Positions 1 through 9,670 of a DNA stretch of 64,000 bases are shown one piece after another. Each line of letters begins with the position of its first letter. Within the stretch, counting starts at the first letter, position 1. The notes beneath the pieces are model-generated. The model saw only the letters and a list, made by a program, of their open reading frames with translations, had not been told where the DNA came from and did not search any database. A program made the translations under genes and the position numbers. The stretch lies in the sequence record DRR378314_424. One strand, written 5' to 3'.

Positions 1-2889
1 CGCAAACTGTTCCGCGAAGCGATGGACCGGATCGGTCTGGAGAATCCGCGCGCGGCGATCATCTCCTCTCCCAAGAAGGAAGATGGCAAATACGACCGGA
101 TCGAAGGTCTGAAGCGTGCGATGGAAGCGCTTGACGAGGTAGGCTTGCCCGCCATCATTCGCCCGGCCTTTACACTGGGCGGAACAGGCGGCGGCGTTGC
201 TTACAATGTCGAGGAGTATGAAGAGATCTGCCGGTCAGGCATTGCAGCCTCCCCCATGGCGCAAATCCTTGTCGATGAGAGCCTGCTCGGCTGGAAAGAG
301 TACGAAATGGAAGTTGTTCGCGACAAGGCGGACAATGCGATCATCATCTGCTCCATTGAGAATATTGATCCGATGGGCGTGCACACAGGTGACTCGATCA
401 CTGTTGCGCCAGCCCTGACGCTGACCGACCGCGAATACCAGGTGATGCGGAATGCCTCCCTCGCCGTGCTGCGCGAGATTGGCGTTGAGACGGGCGGCTC
501 TAACGTGCAATTCGCCGTGAACCCTAAAGATGGCCGTCTCGTTGTCATCGAGATGAACCCCCGCGTATCTCGCTCCTCGGCGCTGGCATCCAAGGCGACT
601 GGCTTCCCGATCGCGAAGATCGCAGCCAAGCTGGCCGTGGGCTACACGCTGGACGAGTTGGACAATGATATCACAGGTGTCACACCCGCCTCATTCGAGC
701 CGACGATTGACTATGTCGTCACCAAGATCCCGCGCTTTGCATTCGAAAAGTACAAGGGCGCTGATCCGGTCCTGACCACAGCCATGAAGTCCGTGGGCGA
801 AGCAATGGCAATTGGTCGTTCCTTCCAGGAAAGCCTGCAAAAAGCGCTCTGCTCTCTGGAAACCGGCCTGTCCGGACTGGATGAAATCACATTTGAAACA
901 GAAGCCGATCTGCGCAATGCGCTGGGCGTTCCATCGCCGAACCGGTTGCGGGTTGTCGCCCAAGCCCTGCGCCAGGGGCTCAGCGTCGACGAGGTCTATC
1001 AGGTCACCTCAATCGACAAATGGTTCCTGCGGCAGATTGAAGAATTGATGCAGATCGAAGCAGGCGTTCTGAAGGATGGCTTGCCCGCTGATGCAGACGG
1101 TATGCTGCAGCTGAAAATGGCGGGCTTCTCGGACAAACGTCTGGGCAAACTCGTCGGCAAAACGGAGGCAGATATCCGTGCACAGCGCCACGGCCTGAAC
1201 GTGCGCCCTGTCTACAAACGCATCGATACGTGTGCGGCAGAATTCGCGGCGAAGACCCCTTACCTCTATTCGACGTATGAGCATCCTGTTTTCGGCGCAG
1301 ACGAAGCCGAATGCGAGGCCCTGCCCTCGAACCGCAACAAGGCCATCATCCTCGGCGGCGGCCCCAACCGGATCGGACAGGGCATCGAGTTTGACTATTG
1401 CTGCTGTCACGCCGCCTTTGCGATGGAAGATGTTGGCATCGAATCTATCATGGTCAACTGCAACCCGGAAACGGTGTCCACGGACTATGACACATCCGAC
1501 CGACTCTACTTCGAGCCGCTGACGGATGAACATGTTCTGGAGATCATCCACAAGGAACAATCCGCCGGCAAGCTGAACGGCGTGATCGTTCAGTTTGGCG
1601 GGCAAACACCGCTGAAGCTCGCAAATACGCTGGACAATGAAAACGTGCCAATCCTCGGCACCAGCCCGGCCTCTATTGATCTAGCGGAAGATCGCGAGCA
1701 ATTCGCGGCCCTGCTCGACACGCTGAACATACAGCAGGCCCCCTCGCGGACGGCGCGCTCAGTTGAAGAGGCTGAAGTGAAGGCAAACGAGATCGGCTAT
1801 CCGGTCATGCTGCGCCCCTCCTTCGTACTCGGCGGACGTGCGATGGAAATCGCCCGCAATAACGAGGACCTGCGCAAATTCGCGTCTGAAGCGCTGGATG
1901 TGGCCAAGGATTCCGGTGACGCGTCGCTCTTCATTGACCGCTACCTGTCTGACGCAATCGAAGTGGATGTGGACGCGCTGTGCGACGGTGAGAACGTGCA
2001 TGTCGCTGGCATCATGGAGCATATTGAAGAAGCCGGCGTACATTCCGGCGACTCCGCCTGCGCCCTGCCGCCCTATACGCTGTCCAAAGAGCTGCAAGCC
2101 CGCCTCGCAGAACAGACCATCGCATTGGCCAAGGCGCTGAAAGTGCGTGGCCTGATCAATATTCAATTTGCGGTCAAGGATGACGAGATCTACGTTCTGG
2201 AAGCCAACCCGCGCGCCAGCCGGACCGTGCCATTCGTCGCCAAGGCTGTTGGTGCCCCAATCGCAGCCATCGCCGCGAAAGTCATGGCCGGATCCAGCCT
2301 TACCGAATTTGACCTGACGAACGCCAATCCGCGCCGTGTGGCCGTGAAAGAGGCGGTGTTCCCGTTCGCCCGCTTCCCCGGTGTTGACCCGCAACTGGGC
2401 CCGGAAATGCGCTCCACCGGCGAAGTCATGGGATGGGATGATGATTTCGGCATGGCCTTCCTGAAAAGCCAGCTTGGGGCCGGGGTCCACCTTCCGGACT
2501 CAGGAACCGTATTTGTCTCTCTCCGCGATGCGGACAAGGAAGGCATTGTTCCGACGATCCAGAAACTCGTGGATCTTGGCTTCTCGATTGTAGCGACAAG
2601 CGGCACAGCCGCATTCCTGGAAGGCAAAGGCCTGCCGGTTTCTCGAATCAACAAGGTTCTGGAAGGCCAACCGCATATCGTTGACGCAATGATCAATGGC
2701 AAGGTTCAGCTCGTGTTCAACACGACCGAAGGCGCCGCATCCCTCGCGGATTCAGCCTCCATCCGCCGGACAGCTGTGAACGGGAAAATCCCGTATTTCA
2801 CAACTCTTGCCTCCTCAATCGCCTCGGTACAGGCCATTGAAAGCAAGAAAGACCGGGAAATCTCGGTGCGCGCCTTGCAATCGGCCTGA
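1..2889 (+). CDS. carB: Carbamoyl-phosphate synthase large subunit (5'-truncated by window edge)
   Basis: Open frame from base 1; motifs [49 protein letters not shown]-terminal MGS domain. Confidence 0.99.
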   Translation, partial: RKLFREAMDRIGLENPRAAIISSPKKEDGKYDRIEGLKRAMEALDEVGLPAIIRPAFTLGGTGGGVAYNVEEYEEICRSGIAASPMAQILVDESLLGWKEYEMEVVRDKADNAIIICSIENIDPMGVHTGDSITVAPALTLTDREYQVMRNASLAVLREIGVETGGSNVQFAVNPKDGRLVVIEMNPRVSRSSALASKATGFPIAKIAAKLAVGYTLDELDNDITGVTPASFEPTIDYVVTKIPRFAFEKYKGADPVLTTAMKSVGEAMAIGRSFQESLQKALCSLETGLSGLDEITFETEADLRNALGVPSPNRLRVVAQALRQGLSVDEVYQVTSIDKWFLRQIEELMQIEAGVLKDGLPADADGMLQLKMAGFSDKRLGKLVGKTEADIRAQRHGLNVRPVYKRIDTCAAEFAAKTPYLYSTYEHPVFGADEAECEALPSNRNKAIILGGGPNRIGQGIEFDYCCCHAAFAMEDVGIESIMVNCNPETVSTDYDTSDRLYFEPLTDEHVLEIIHKEQSAGKLNGVIVQFGGQTPLKLANTLDNENVPILGTSPASIDLAEDREQFAALLDTLNIQQAPSRTARSVEEAEVKANEIGYPVMLRPSFVLGGRAMEIARNNEDLRKFASEALDVAKDSGDASLFIDRYLSDAIEVDVDALCDGENVHVAGIMEHIEEAGVHSGDSACALPPYTLSKELQARLAEQTIALAKALKVRGLINIQFAVKDDEIYVLEANPRASRTVPFVAKAVGAPIAAIAAKVMAGSSLTEFDLTNANPRRVAVKEAVFPFARFPGVDPQLGPEMRSTGEVMGWDDDFGMAFLKSQLGAGVHLPDSGTVFVSLRDADKEGIVPTIQKLVDLGFSIVATSGTAAFLEGKGLPVSRINKVLEGQPHIVDAMINGKVQLVFNTTEGAASLADSASIRRTAVNGKIPYFTTLASSIASVQAIESKKDREISVRALQSA

Positions 2890-2956
2890 TCAGCCCCACT
2901 TGACGCCATTACCAATTAAGACAACGATTTTGCCGCCAACAATAGAGGTGACATAG

Positions 2957-3430
2957 ATGGACCGCATTCCCATGACCGCAGAAGGCCATGCTGCGCTTCA
3001 ATCCGAGCTCAAGACGCTGAAATCCGTTGAGCGCCCGAACATCATTGCGGCGATCGCGGAAGCCCGCGCGCATGGAGATCTGTCGGAGAACGCTGAATAC
3101 CATGCCGCCAAGGAGAAGCAGAGCTTCATCGAAGGCCGTATCGCAGAGATCGACGACAAGCTGGCCCGTGCAGATGTCATCGATGTCAGCAAGCTGACCG
3201 GCGGCAAGGTGCGCTTTGGCGCCACCGTCACCCTGATTGATGTCGATACGGAAGAAGAAAGCACCTACAAGATCGTTGGCGAAGATGAAGCCAGCGTGAA
3301 AGATGGCAAGATTTCCATCACCTCCCCGATTGCCCGTGCGCTGATCGGCAAGGAGGAAGGCGACGAGGCAGAGGTGGCCGCACCATCCGGTGCGCGCGCC
3401 TATGAGGTCGCCAAGGTCGAGTACCGGTAA
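2957..3430 (+). CDS. greA: Transcription elongation factor GreA
   Basis: [16 protein letters not shown] and [11 protein letters not shown] motifs; SD GAGG upstream; follows carB. Confidence 0.98.
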   Translation: MDRIPMTAEGHAALQSELKTLKSVERPNIIAAIAEARAHGDLSENAEYHAAKEKQSFIEGRIAEIDDKLARADVIDVSKLTGGKVRFGATVTLIDVDTEEESTYKIVGEDEASVKDGKISITSPIARALIGKEEGDEAEVAAPSGARAYEVAKVEYR

Positions 3431-4510
3431 ATGGCAGAGGCGGGGTCGCTCGGACCATCCGTCTGGGCGGTCTCCGACGGCCGCGCAGGCAATGCGGCGC
3501 AGGTGCGCGCCGTGCTGCAGGCACTGGGCGACACGCGCCGGTGGATTCAGATCGCCCATATCGCAGGCGAGGCTCACCGTGCCGACCCATTGGTGCTGAC
3601 TCCACGCATCCCTTGGCGTTGGCTGCCGGCGGACAAATGGCCAAATCCCGTAGTCGCTCTGCCCAAGGATCAACGTGACCTGCTGGGACCACCCTGGCCG
3701 ACTGTATGGGTTGCTGCCGGACGGCGCTCCGCTGCGCTGACGCGTGCCGTACGCGAACTGTCAGGCGGAAAAACCCTGACCGTGCAGATCCTGGATCCGA
3801 AAATTTCGCCTGACAATTTCGACCTTCTGGTCACACCGGCGCATGACGAGGTCAGCGGACCGAATGTCATTCAGACAATAGGTTCCCCCTCCTATTTTCC
3901 ACCAGACCTCATTGAACAGGCAGGCCAATCCTTTGCCGACCTTGCAGATGAACGTGGCAAGAGTGCCATTGTGATTCTCGGCGGGAACTCCAAGGCACAC
4001 ACTTTCACGGACGCCGCTGCAGAACGCCTCGACTCCCAATTGCGCACGCTCGCTGGACAGGGCTGGCGTCTTCGCATCACCACATCCCGCCGCACACCGG
4101 TTCAGATCGTCGCCAGGTTTCGTGCGATGGCAGATGAAATTGGCGCCCGCTTCTGGACGGGGCCGGAAGACGGCGAGAATCCGTATCTCGCATGGCTGGT
4201 CTTTTCCGATTGCGCCATTGTGACCGAGGACAGCGCCAACATGCTGTCTGATGCGGCCTGGCACAATCTGCCGATCCACATTGCCCGCCTTGAGGGCCGG
4301 TCCGAGAAATTCGACAAACTGCATCAGAGCCTTATCGATCATGGCGCCGCGCGGCTCTTTGGCGGCGTCCTGGAAACCTGGACCTACCCTGCCCTGCGCG
4401 AGGCTGATCGCGTTGCCGATGCCATCGTCGCAAAACTTCTGGAACGTCATCCTCAGCCCAGCATGGGCGGAGACGACACCAAGGTCGCACCACCGGACTG
4501 GATGGAGTGA
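3431..4510 (+). CDS. Mitochondrial fission ELM1 family / GtrOC1-like putative glycosyltransferase
   Basis: SDGRAGN, QILDP..PAHD, TTSRRTP, NPY, VTEDSANMLSDA motifs; ATG directly abuts the greA stop. Confidence 0.85.
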   Translation: MAEAGSLGPSVWAVSDGRAGNAAQVRAVLQALGDTRRWIQIAHIAGEAHRADPLVLTPRIPWRWLPADKWPNPVVALPKDQRDLLGPPWPTVWVAAGRRSAALTRAVRELSGGKTLTVQILDPKISPDNFDLLVTPAHDEVSGPNVIQTIGSPSYFPPDLIEQAGQSFADLADERGKSAIVILGGNSKAHTFTDAAAERLDSQLRTLAGQGWRLRITTSRRTPVQIVARFRAMADEIGARFWTGPEDGENPYLAWLVFSDCAIVTEDSANMLSDAAWHNLPIHIARLEGRSEKFDKLHQSLIDHGAARLFGGVLETWTYPALREADRVADAIVAKLLERHPQPSMGGDDTKVAPPDWME

Positions 4511-4534
4511 TGGCGCGCGCCCCACGCTGACGGC

Positions 4535-5377
4535 ATGAAACTGTTCTGCCTCACCCTTCTGGCCATGATCGCGTTCGCGGCCAATTCCGTGCTGAACCGT
4601 CTCGCGTTGGCAGGAGAACTGATAGACCCAGCGAGCTTTGCGGTTATTCGTCTTTTCAGTGGTGCGATAATCCTTTGCCTGATTGTTCTGGCACGTTCTG
4701 ACACTCGCACCTCCCTGTTCACGCGCAGTCGCAGCGTCAGTGTTGGCGCGCTGCTCGCCTATATGCTCGGTTTCTCATTCGCCTATGTATCTCTCGATAC
4801 CGGCGTAGGCGCGTTGATCCTGTTCGGTGGTGTACAGATTACCATGTTCGCGGGCGCAGTGATCGCGCGGGAGTCAGTATCCCGACTGAAATGGATCGGC
4901 GCGCTGGTTGCGGCTTCTGGTCTTGCCTGGTTCTTGTGGCCAACTCCAGATACAGAAATCTCTCTACCAGGCGCTGGACTGATGGGAATTGCAGCGCTCG
5001 GCTGGGGCATTTACTCGCTGATGGGACGCGGCGCAAAAAATGCCACGGTCGAGACGGCAGCTAATTTCGCGCTTGCCGCCCCGTTCAGCCTGCCCGCCCT
5101 GTTCGCCCTCGCGCCAAATGTAACATTCGAGGGCTTCATCTTGGCCTGCCTGTCAGGCATCGTAACATCCGGTCTCGGCTACGCTCTTTGGTACGCGGTG
5201 CTACCCCGTCTGGCATCGTCCACAGCCGCCGTTGCGCAGCTCAGCGTGCCGATCTTTGCCACGCTTGGTGGAGTTGCCTTTCTGAGCGAGGATCTGACGC
5301 TACGCTTCGTGATGGCCGCACTGATTGTCCTCGGCGGCATTGGCCTGTCAGTCGTGAAACCGCGCACAGTCCGCTAG
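4535..5377 (+). CDS. DMT/EamA family transporter
   Basis: About 10 hydrophobic segments; [31 protein letters not shown]. Confidence 0.9.
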   Translation: MKLFCLTLLAMIAFAANSVLNRLALAGELIDPASFAVIRLFSGAIILCLIVLARSDTRTSLFTRSRSVSVGALLAYMLGFSFAYVSLDTGVGALILFGGVQITMFAGAVIARESVSRLKWIGALVAASGLAWFLWPTPDTEISLPGAGLMGIAALGWGIYSLMGRGAKNATVETAANFALAAPFSLPALFALAPNVTFEGFILACLSGIVTSGLGYALWYAVLPRLASSTAAVAQLSVPIFATLGGVAFLSEDLTLRFVMAALIVLGGIGLSVVKPRTVR

Positions 5378-6558
5378 GCCGCCACGACGCGGTCGTCTGC
5401 CGGGATGGTCTTCAGGATGAAGCCGCCCCCAAGAATGCGCGTGCTGCCTGCCGCGTCATAGAGCACTGCTGCCTGACCGCGCGCGACGCCCTCTTCCGGG
5501 TCATCAAACCAGATCGCCGGCACGCCATCGCTCCAGCCAATGCGCGCCGGCACAGGCGGGCGCGTCGACCGCACACGGACCAGCACAGGTGAGCCTGAAT
5601 TGGCGGCAGCCTCAAGCGTGCCATCCCCGATCCAGTTCAGTTCCTCAAGTAACAGGCCCGATGTCATCAGCGCTTCGCGGGGGCCCACGATGACACGCCG
5701 CTTCGGCGCATCAATCTTCACCACATAAAGTGGATCACCGGTCGCAACGCCAAGGCCGCGGCGCTGGCCGATCGTGTAGTGGATCACGCCATTATGCTCG
5801 CCGAGCACGCGGCCATCGAGATGCACGATCTCACCACCGCGCCCGGCACCGGGGCGCAGCTTTTCAACCACGTTCGCGTAAGAGCCTTCCGGCACGAAGC
5901 AGATGTCCTGGCTATCCGGTTTGGAGGCCACCGGCAAATTGAACTGGTCGGCCAATTCCCGCACCTGTGTCTTCGGCAGATCGCCCAGCGGGAAGCGCAG
6001 ATAGTCGAGCTGCTCTGCCGTGGTGGCGAACAGGAAATAGGACTGGTCGCGGCTGGCATCGGCAGCGCGGTGTAGCTCTGGCCCGTCTTCGCCTTCTGTG
6101 CGCCGAATATAGTGGCCGGTCGCCAGGCAGTCCGCACCCAGATCCCGCGCCGTCTTCAGCAGGTCAGAGAATTTGACCGTCTGGTTGCACCGGATGCAAG
6201 GAATCGGGGTCGAGCCCGCCAGATATGTATCAGCAAAGTCTTCCATGACTTGTTCACGGAACTTCGACTCGTAATCCAGCACATAGTGCGGAATGCCAAT
6301 CTGATCAGATACATTGCGGGCATCGTGAATATCCTGCCCCGCGCAGCAGGCGCCTTTCTTCTCGATGGCTGCGCCATGATCGTACAGCTGCAGCGTGATG
6401 CCGATGACATCGTAGCCCTGCGCCTTCAGCATGGCGGCCACAACGGAACTATCGACACCGCCAGACATGGCAGCGACAACGCGCGTTTCCGCGGGTGGTT
6501 TGGCAAATCCAAGAGAGTTCACACGGCCATCCCAGGCCGGCCGCAATTCATAAGTCAT
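5374..6558 (-). CDS. mnmA: tRNA 2-thiouridine synthase MnmA
   Basis: [45 protein letters not shown]. Confidence 0.98.
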   Translation of the reverse strand: MTYELRPAWDGRVNSLGFAKPPAETRVVAAMSGGVDSSVVAAMLKAQGYDVIGITLQLYDHGAAIEKKGACCAGQDIHDARNVSDQIGIPHYVLDYESKFREQVMEDFADTYLAGSTPIPCIRCNQTVKFSDLLKTARDLGADCLATGHYIRRTEGEDGPELHRAADASRDQSYFLFATTAEQLDYLRFPLGDLPKTQVRELADQFNLPVASKPDSQDICFVPEGSYANVVEKLRPGAGRGGEIVHLDGRVLGEHNGVIHYTIGQRRGLGVATGDPLYVVKIDAPKRRVIVGPREALMTSGLLLEELNWIGDGTLEAAANSGSPVLVRVRSTRPPVPARIGWSDGVPAIWFDDPEEGVARGQAAVLYDAAGSTRILGGGFILKTIPADDRVVAA

Positions 6559-6641
6559 GTCTCACTCCATCCGGGTTAAAGGCCCGGAGCAGTTGCAGGA
6601 ATTGGGGCATATAGCGCGAGGTGCGCCAAATTGCGAGGGGG

Positions 6642-7505
6642 TCAGGCCGCAGACGCCTCAGCGTTGGCAGTACCAGCCGCGACCCAGCCACCACGGAATT
6701 CGCGCGCCGGCTCCAGCTTGTCGGTCACGCCATACATGTTTTCACCGCTGCCCATCAGGATCATGCCGCCTGGCATCATCTGTTTTGCAACGCTTTCGAT
6801 CACTTGCGTGCGGGCTGGCCGGGCCATGCCGGACAGGACGTTGCGACACAGGATAACGTCGAAATTGCCAAGCCCGTCGGCCCGCTCAAGCAAATTGTGC
6901 TGGCGGAAGCTGACGCGGGAGCGCAGTGCGTCCGACGCCTCCCACTGCCCCGTTTCCAGACGCGTGAAGTGTTTCACGAGGCGATGAATGGATAGGCCCT
7001 TCTGCACCTCATAGTGCCCATAACGGGCGGTGCGGGCTTTCTCTGTTGCCACCTTGCAGATGTCTGTTGAGAGAATATCGATCTTCGCCCCGCGAAGGCT
7101 GGCGGGCAATTCGTCTTCCAGCAGGATGGCCAGTGAATAGGCTTCCTGGCCTGTAGCACCGCCCGCACACCAGACCTTCAGACGGCCTGTATTGGACGCT
7201 TTCAGGCGCTTTGGCAGCACATCTTCAACGATACGCTGCAGCGCCTCGCGATCTCGGAAGAACCATGTGTCCTTGGATACGAGCGCCGCGGCCACTTCTG
7301 CAGCAAAAACTGCATTTGCGCGAGATTTCAGGCAATGGACGAGGTCAGCCATCGTGCCGAATCCTTCGCGCCGGGCAATAGCCGCGAGCCGTGCCTCGAT
7401 GAGATAGGATTTGGATTTCGGAATCGCCTGACCGGAGCCTTTCAGCGCCAGTTCAGCCAGTTCATTGAATACCTCTTCCTGCATCTGACACTCCGAATCG
7501 GACAT
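6642..7505 (-). CDS. cheR: CheR-family protein-glutamate O-methyltransferase (divergent)
   Basis: TWFFRD, TGQEAYSLA, STDI, FRQHNLL, FDVILCRNVL. Confidence 0.9.
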   Translation of the reverse strand: MSDSECQMQEEVFNELAELALKGSGQAIPKSKSYLIEARLAAIARREGFGTMADLVHCLKSRANAVFAAEVAAALVSKDTWFFRDREALQRIVEDVLPKRLKASNTGRLKVWCAGGATGQEAYSLAILLEDELPASLRGAKIDILSTDICKVATEKARTARYGHYEVQKGLSIHRLVKHFTRLETGQWEASDALRSRVSFRQHNLLERADGLGNFDVILCRNVLSGMARPARTQVIESVAKQMMPGGMILMGSGENMYGVTDKLEPAREFRGGWVAAGTANAEASAA

Positions 7506-7515
7506 TCTGCCCCTA

Positions 7516-7544
7516 AACCTTATGCATTAGGTAAGGTTTGTTAA
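7516..7544 (-). promoter_or_regulatory. AT-rich inverted repeat with CtrA-like half-site upstream of cheR
   Basis: AAACCTTA...TAAGGTTT palindrome; minus strand reads TTAACAAACCTTAC. Confidence 0.4.
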
Positions 7545-7552
7545 GAAATGCT

Positions 7553-7918
7553 TCAAACGAGCCCGACTTCTGCAAATTTGCTTTCTAGAATATCCGCGTC
7601 GAACGGCTTCATGATGAACTCGTCCGCGCCTGAACTCAACGCTTCATTGATATGCTCAGCGTCGTTTTCGATGGAACAGAACACAACGAGCGGACGCTTG
7701 CCCTCTTCCTCACGGCGCAGCGCGCGCAGAAAATCCAGCCCGTTCATAACCGGCATGTTCCAGTCCAGGAGGATGGCATCCGGCATCTTCTCGCGGCAGT
7801 GGCGCATGGCTTCTGCGCCGTCCCCAGCTTCCACGACATCGAATTTCAGGTCGCGCACGATGCGGGCCGCAACTTTTCGGACAACGCGGGAATCGTCGAC
7901 GATCAGACAGGTTTTCAT
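7553..7918 (-). CDS. Single-domain CheY-like response regulator
   Basis: MKTCLIVDDS, LLDWNMPVMNG, FIMKPFD; lies between chpT and cheR. Confidence 0.92.
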   Translation of the reverse strand: MKTCLIVDDSRVVRKVAARIVRDLKFDVVEAGDGAEAMRHCREKMPDAILLDWNMPVMNGLDFLRALRREEEGKRPLVVFCSIENDAEHINEALSSGADEFIMKPFDADILESKFAEVGLV

Positions 7919-8009
7919 GATGGATCCTGTGCGCAGCAGTGTTAATACGAATCTCAAGGACCCCGGTTAAGAAACCCTTTCCAAAGTGTAAATTTTCACC
8001 GCCCCGCAA

Positions 8010-8651
8010 TCAGCCTTCGGCGCGAATACCTGCCGCCATGATGATGACGGTCTCATCATTCTCGCTGGCCGTCAGCTCGCCGCCCAGACCATCACAGATG
8101 ATCTTCGCAAACAACGGCTGGATCGTCTCCGGGCGCCAGCCGTCCTCCGGCTCCACTTCCTTGATTCCATTGGCAATGTCAGGGCGCAAGCGCGCCCGCT
8201 TGCCCTTGCAGGTCAGCGCAATAGTCAGCCCCACGGGCTCATTGCGAATGCGTACCTGGATCACTCCACCGCGCGGCAGGCAGTCGATGCCCATCATCAC
8301 CAGATTCATCATCAGGCGCACATGGGAGAAGCTCAGATGATCGGTCTGAATGTCGAATTCGATACTTGGCCGGTGGCTCGCGACGAAATTCTCGGTGATC
8401 TTGCGGGCTTCGTGAATGTCTGCTGCCCCGGAATTCAGGCCAATGGAACCGAAGGCGTAACGCAGGAACTGGATCCGCGCCCCGGCCTTCTCCGCGCCGT
8501 CATGCAGCAGGGCTTCGGCCTGCGCTTTCATCTCCACATCGCCGGGATCATTCAGCAGATCGAGCGCATTCGTGACCGAGGACACAGGCGAAACCAGGTC
8601 GTGGCAGATGCGCGAAGCAATGTACGCGGACAAGCGTGCAGGATCGATCAT
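8010..8651 (-). CDS. chpT: Histidine phosphotransferase ChpT
   Basis: SRICHDLVSPV His box, FLRYAFG, LPRGG pseudo-CA domain. Confidence 0.93.
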   Translation of the reverse strand: MIDPARLSAYIASRICHDLVSPVSSVTNALDLLNDPGDVEMKAQAEALLHDGAEKAGARIQFLRYAFGSIGLNSGAADIHEARKITENFVASHRPSIEFDIQTDHLSFSHVRLMMNLVMMGIDCLPRGGVIQVRIRNEPVGLTIALTCKGKRARLRPDIANGIKEVEPEDGWRPETIQPLFAKIICDGLGGELTASENDETVIIMAAGIRAEG

Positions 8652-8733
8652 GAAGTAGGCAGCCCCATTCTGGAATTTGAATTCCGTGCAGAATTGTGTG
8701 AGCCGCTCGGCCTGTCAATCAAAGCTGTATGAA

Positions 8734-8994
8734 CTATTGGCGATAATCAATGTTCTGATCAGTTCGGTCCTCTGGGCGGTCAATCTCGTCATAGCCGTGG
8801 CGTGCGCTGTGGAAGGTGAGCAGGAAGAGGCCCATCGACAGAGCCAGTGTCAGGACGCCGCCCAACACATAGGCGATCCAGCCATGCCCGGATAGGCCAT
8901 CTGCGTTGCTTTCCCACAATCGCGAGATGCCCCAGAGCATGGCCCCAAGGAACAGGAAGCTGGCAATAACCCAGAAGATCAGCTTGCGTGACAT
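8734..8994 (-). CDS. Small two-TM conserved hypothetical membrane protein
   Basis: Two hydrophobic helices; LSGHGWIA and LFLLTFHSARHGYDE; co-oriented with ydbL. Confidence 0.75.
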   Translation of the reverse strand: MSRKLIFWVIASFLFLGAMLWGISRLWESNADGLSGHGWIAYVLGGVLTLALSMGLFLLTFHSARHGYDEIDRPEDRTDQNIDYRQ

Positions 8995-9030
8995 GATCCG
9001 GTATCTATCCCGGCCTGTGTTGCGAACAAG

Positions 9031-9378
9031 CTATTTCTGCTTCCAGCTGCCGCTTGCGTCCATGTACCACTGGCCGCGGCTCAGTTTGGCAATCTGCTTT
9101 TCGCCCGTAATACGGGCAACTTCAGCGACCGTTGTGCCGGTCTCAGCAGCTACTACGGCATATTTTGCGGCGCGCTTGTTGTTGATCTCCTGAACCTTGC
9201 GGATCAGTGCCGGATCGGCCGATCCGATCACGCCCAGGCGGCCGTCAATGCGCTCACCAACCTGACCAGATTCAATTGCGGCATCAATCACGGGATCACC
9301 CGCGAAAGCTGCTGGCGCGAGCGCTGACATGCCGAAAACGAGGGCCAGTGCAGCGAAGAAAGTTCGAAGGGATTTCAT
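9031..9378 (-). CDS. ydbL: YdbL (DUF1318) family periplasmic protein
   Basis: Signal peptide; GQVGERIDGRLG, INNKRAAKY, GQWY...W; downstream of ynbE. Confidence 0.9.
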   Translation of the reverse strand: MKSLRTFFAALALVFGMSALAPAAFAGDPVIDAAIESGQVGERIDGRLGVIGSADPALIRKVQEINNKRAAKYAVVAAETGTTVAEVARITGEKQIAKLSRGQWYMDASGSWKQK

Positions 9379-9403
9379 TATTTCGTCTCCGGATTTCGCA
9401 AGA

Positions 9404-9595
9404 CTAGAACAGGTCCGGGTTATCCGCGATCAAATCTTCGACTTCCTTGTCGAGGATCACGCGGACTTCCTGGGTGATATTGACGTTCAGATCGATCTTG
9501 ATTGGCTTGTCGGACGGTTCGATGCGCACGGTCGGCGTACACGCCGCCAGAGCTGCTATGCCCGCGCCAATCAGCAAGGCTTTTGGAAATTTCAT
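9404..9595 (-). CDS. ynbE: YnbE family lipoprotein
   Basis: Lipobox LAAC; PTVRIEPSDKPIKIDLNVNITQEVR...DLF; SD GAGGAG. Confidence 0.93.
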   Translation of the reverse strand: MKFPKALLIGAGIAALAACTPTVRIEPSDKPIKIDLNVNITQEVRVILDKEVEDLIADNPDLF

Positions 9596-9670
9596 CAGGA
9601 TTCGCTCCTCAAGGTTCGGACGGACCATGCCACACGCCGCCTTAACGTCAATGAAGTTGACCGTTGTGCG

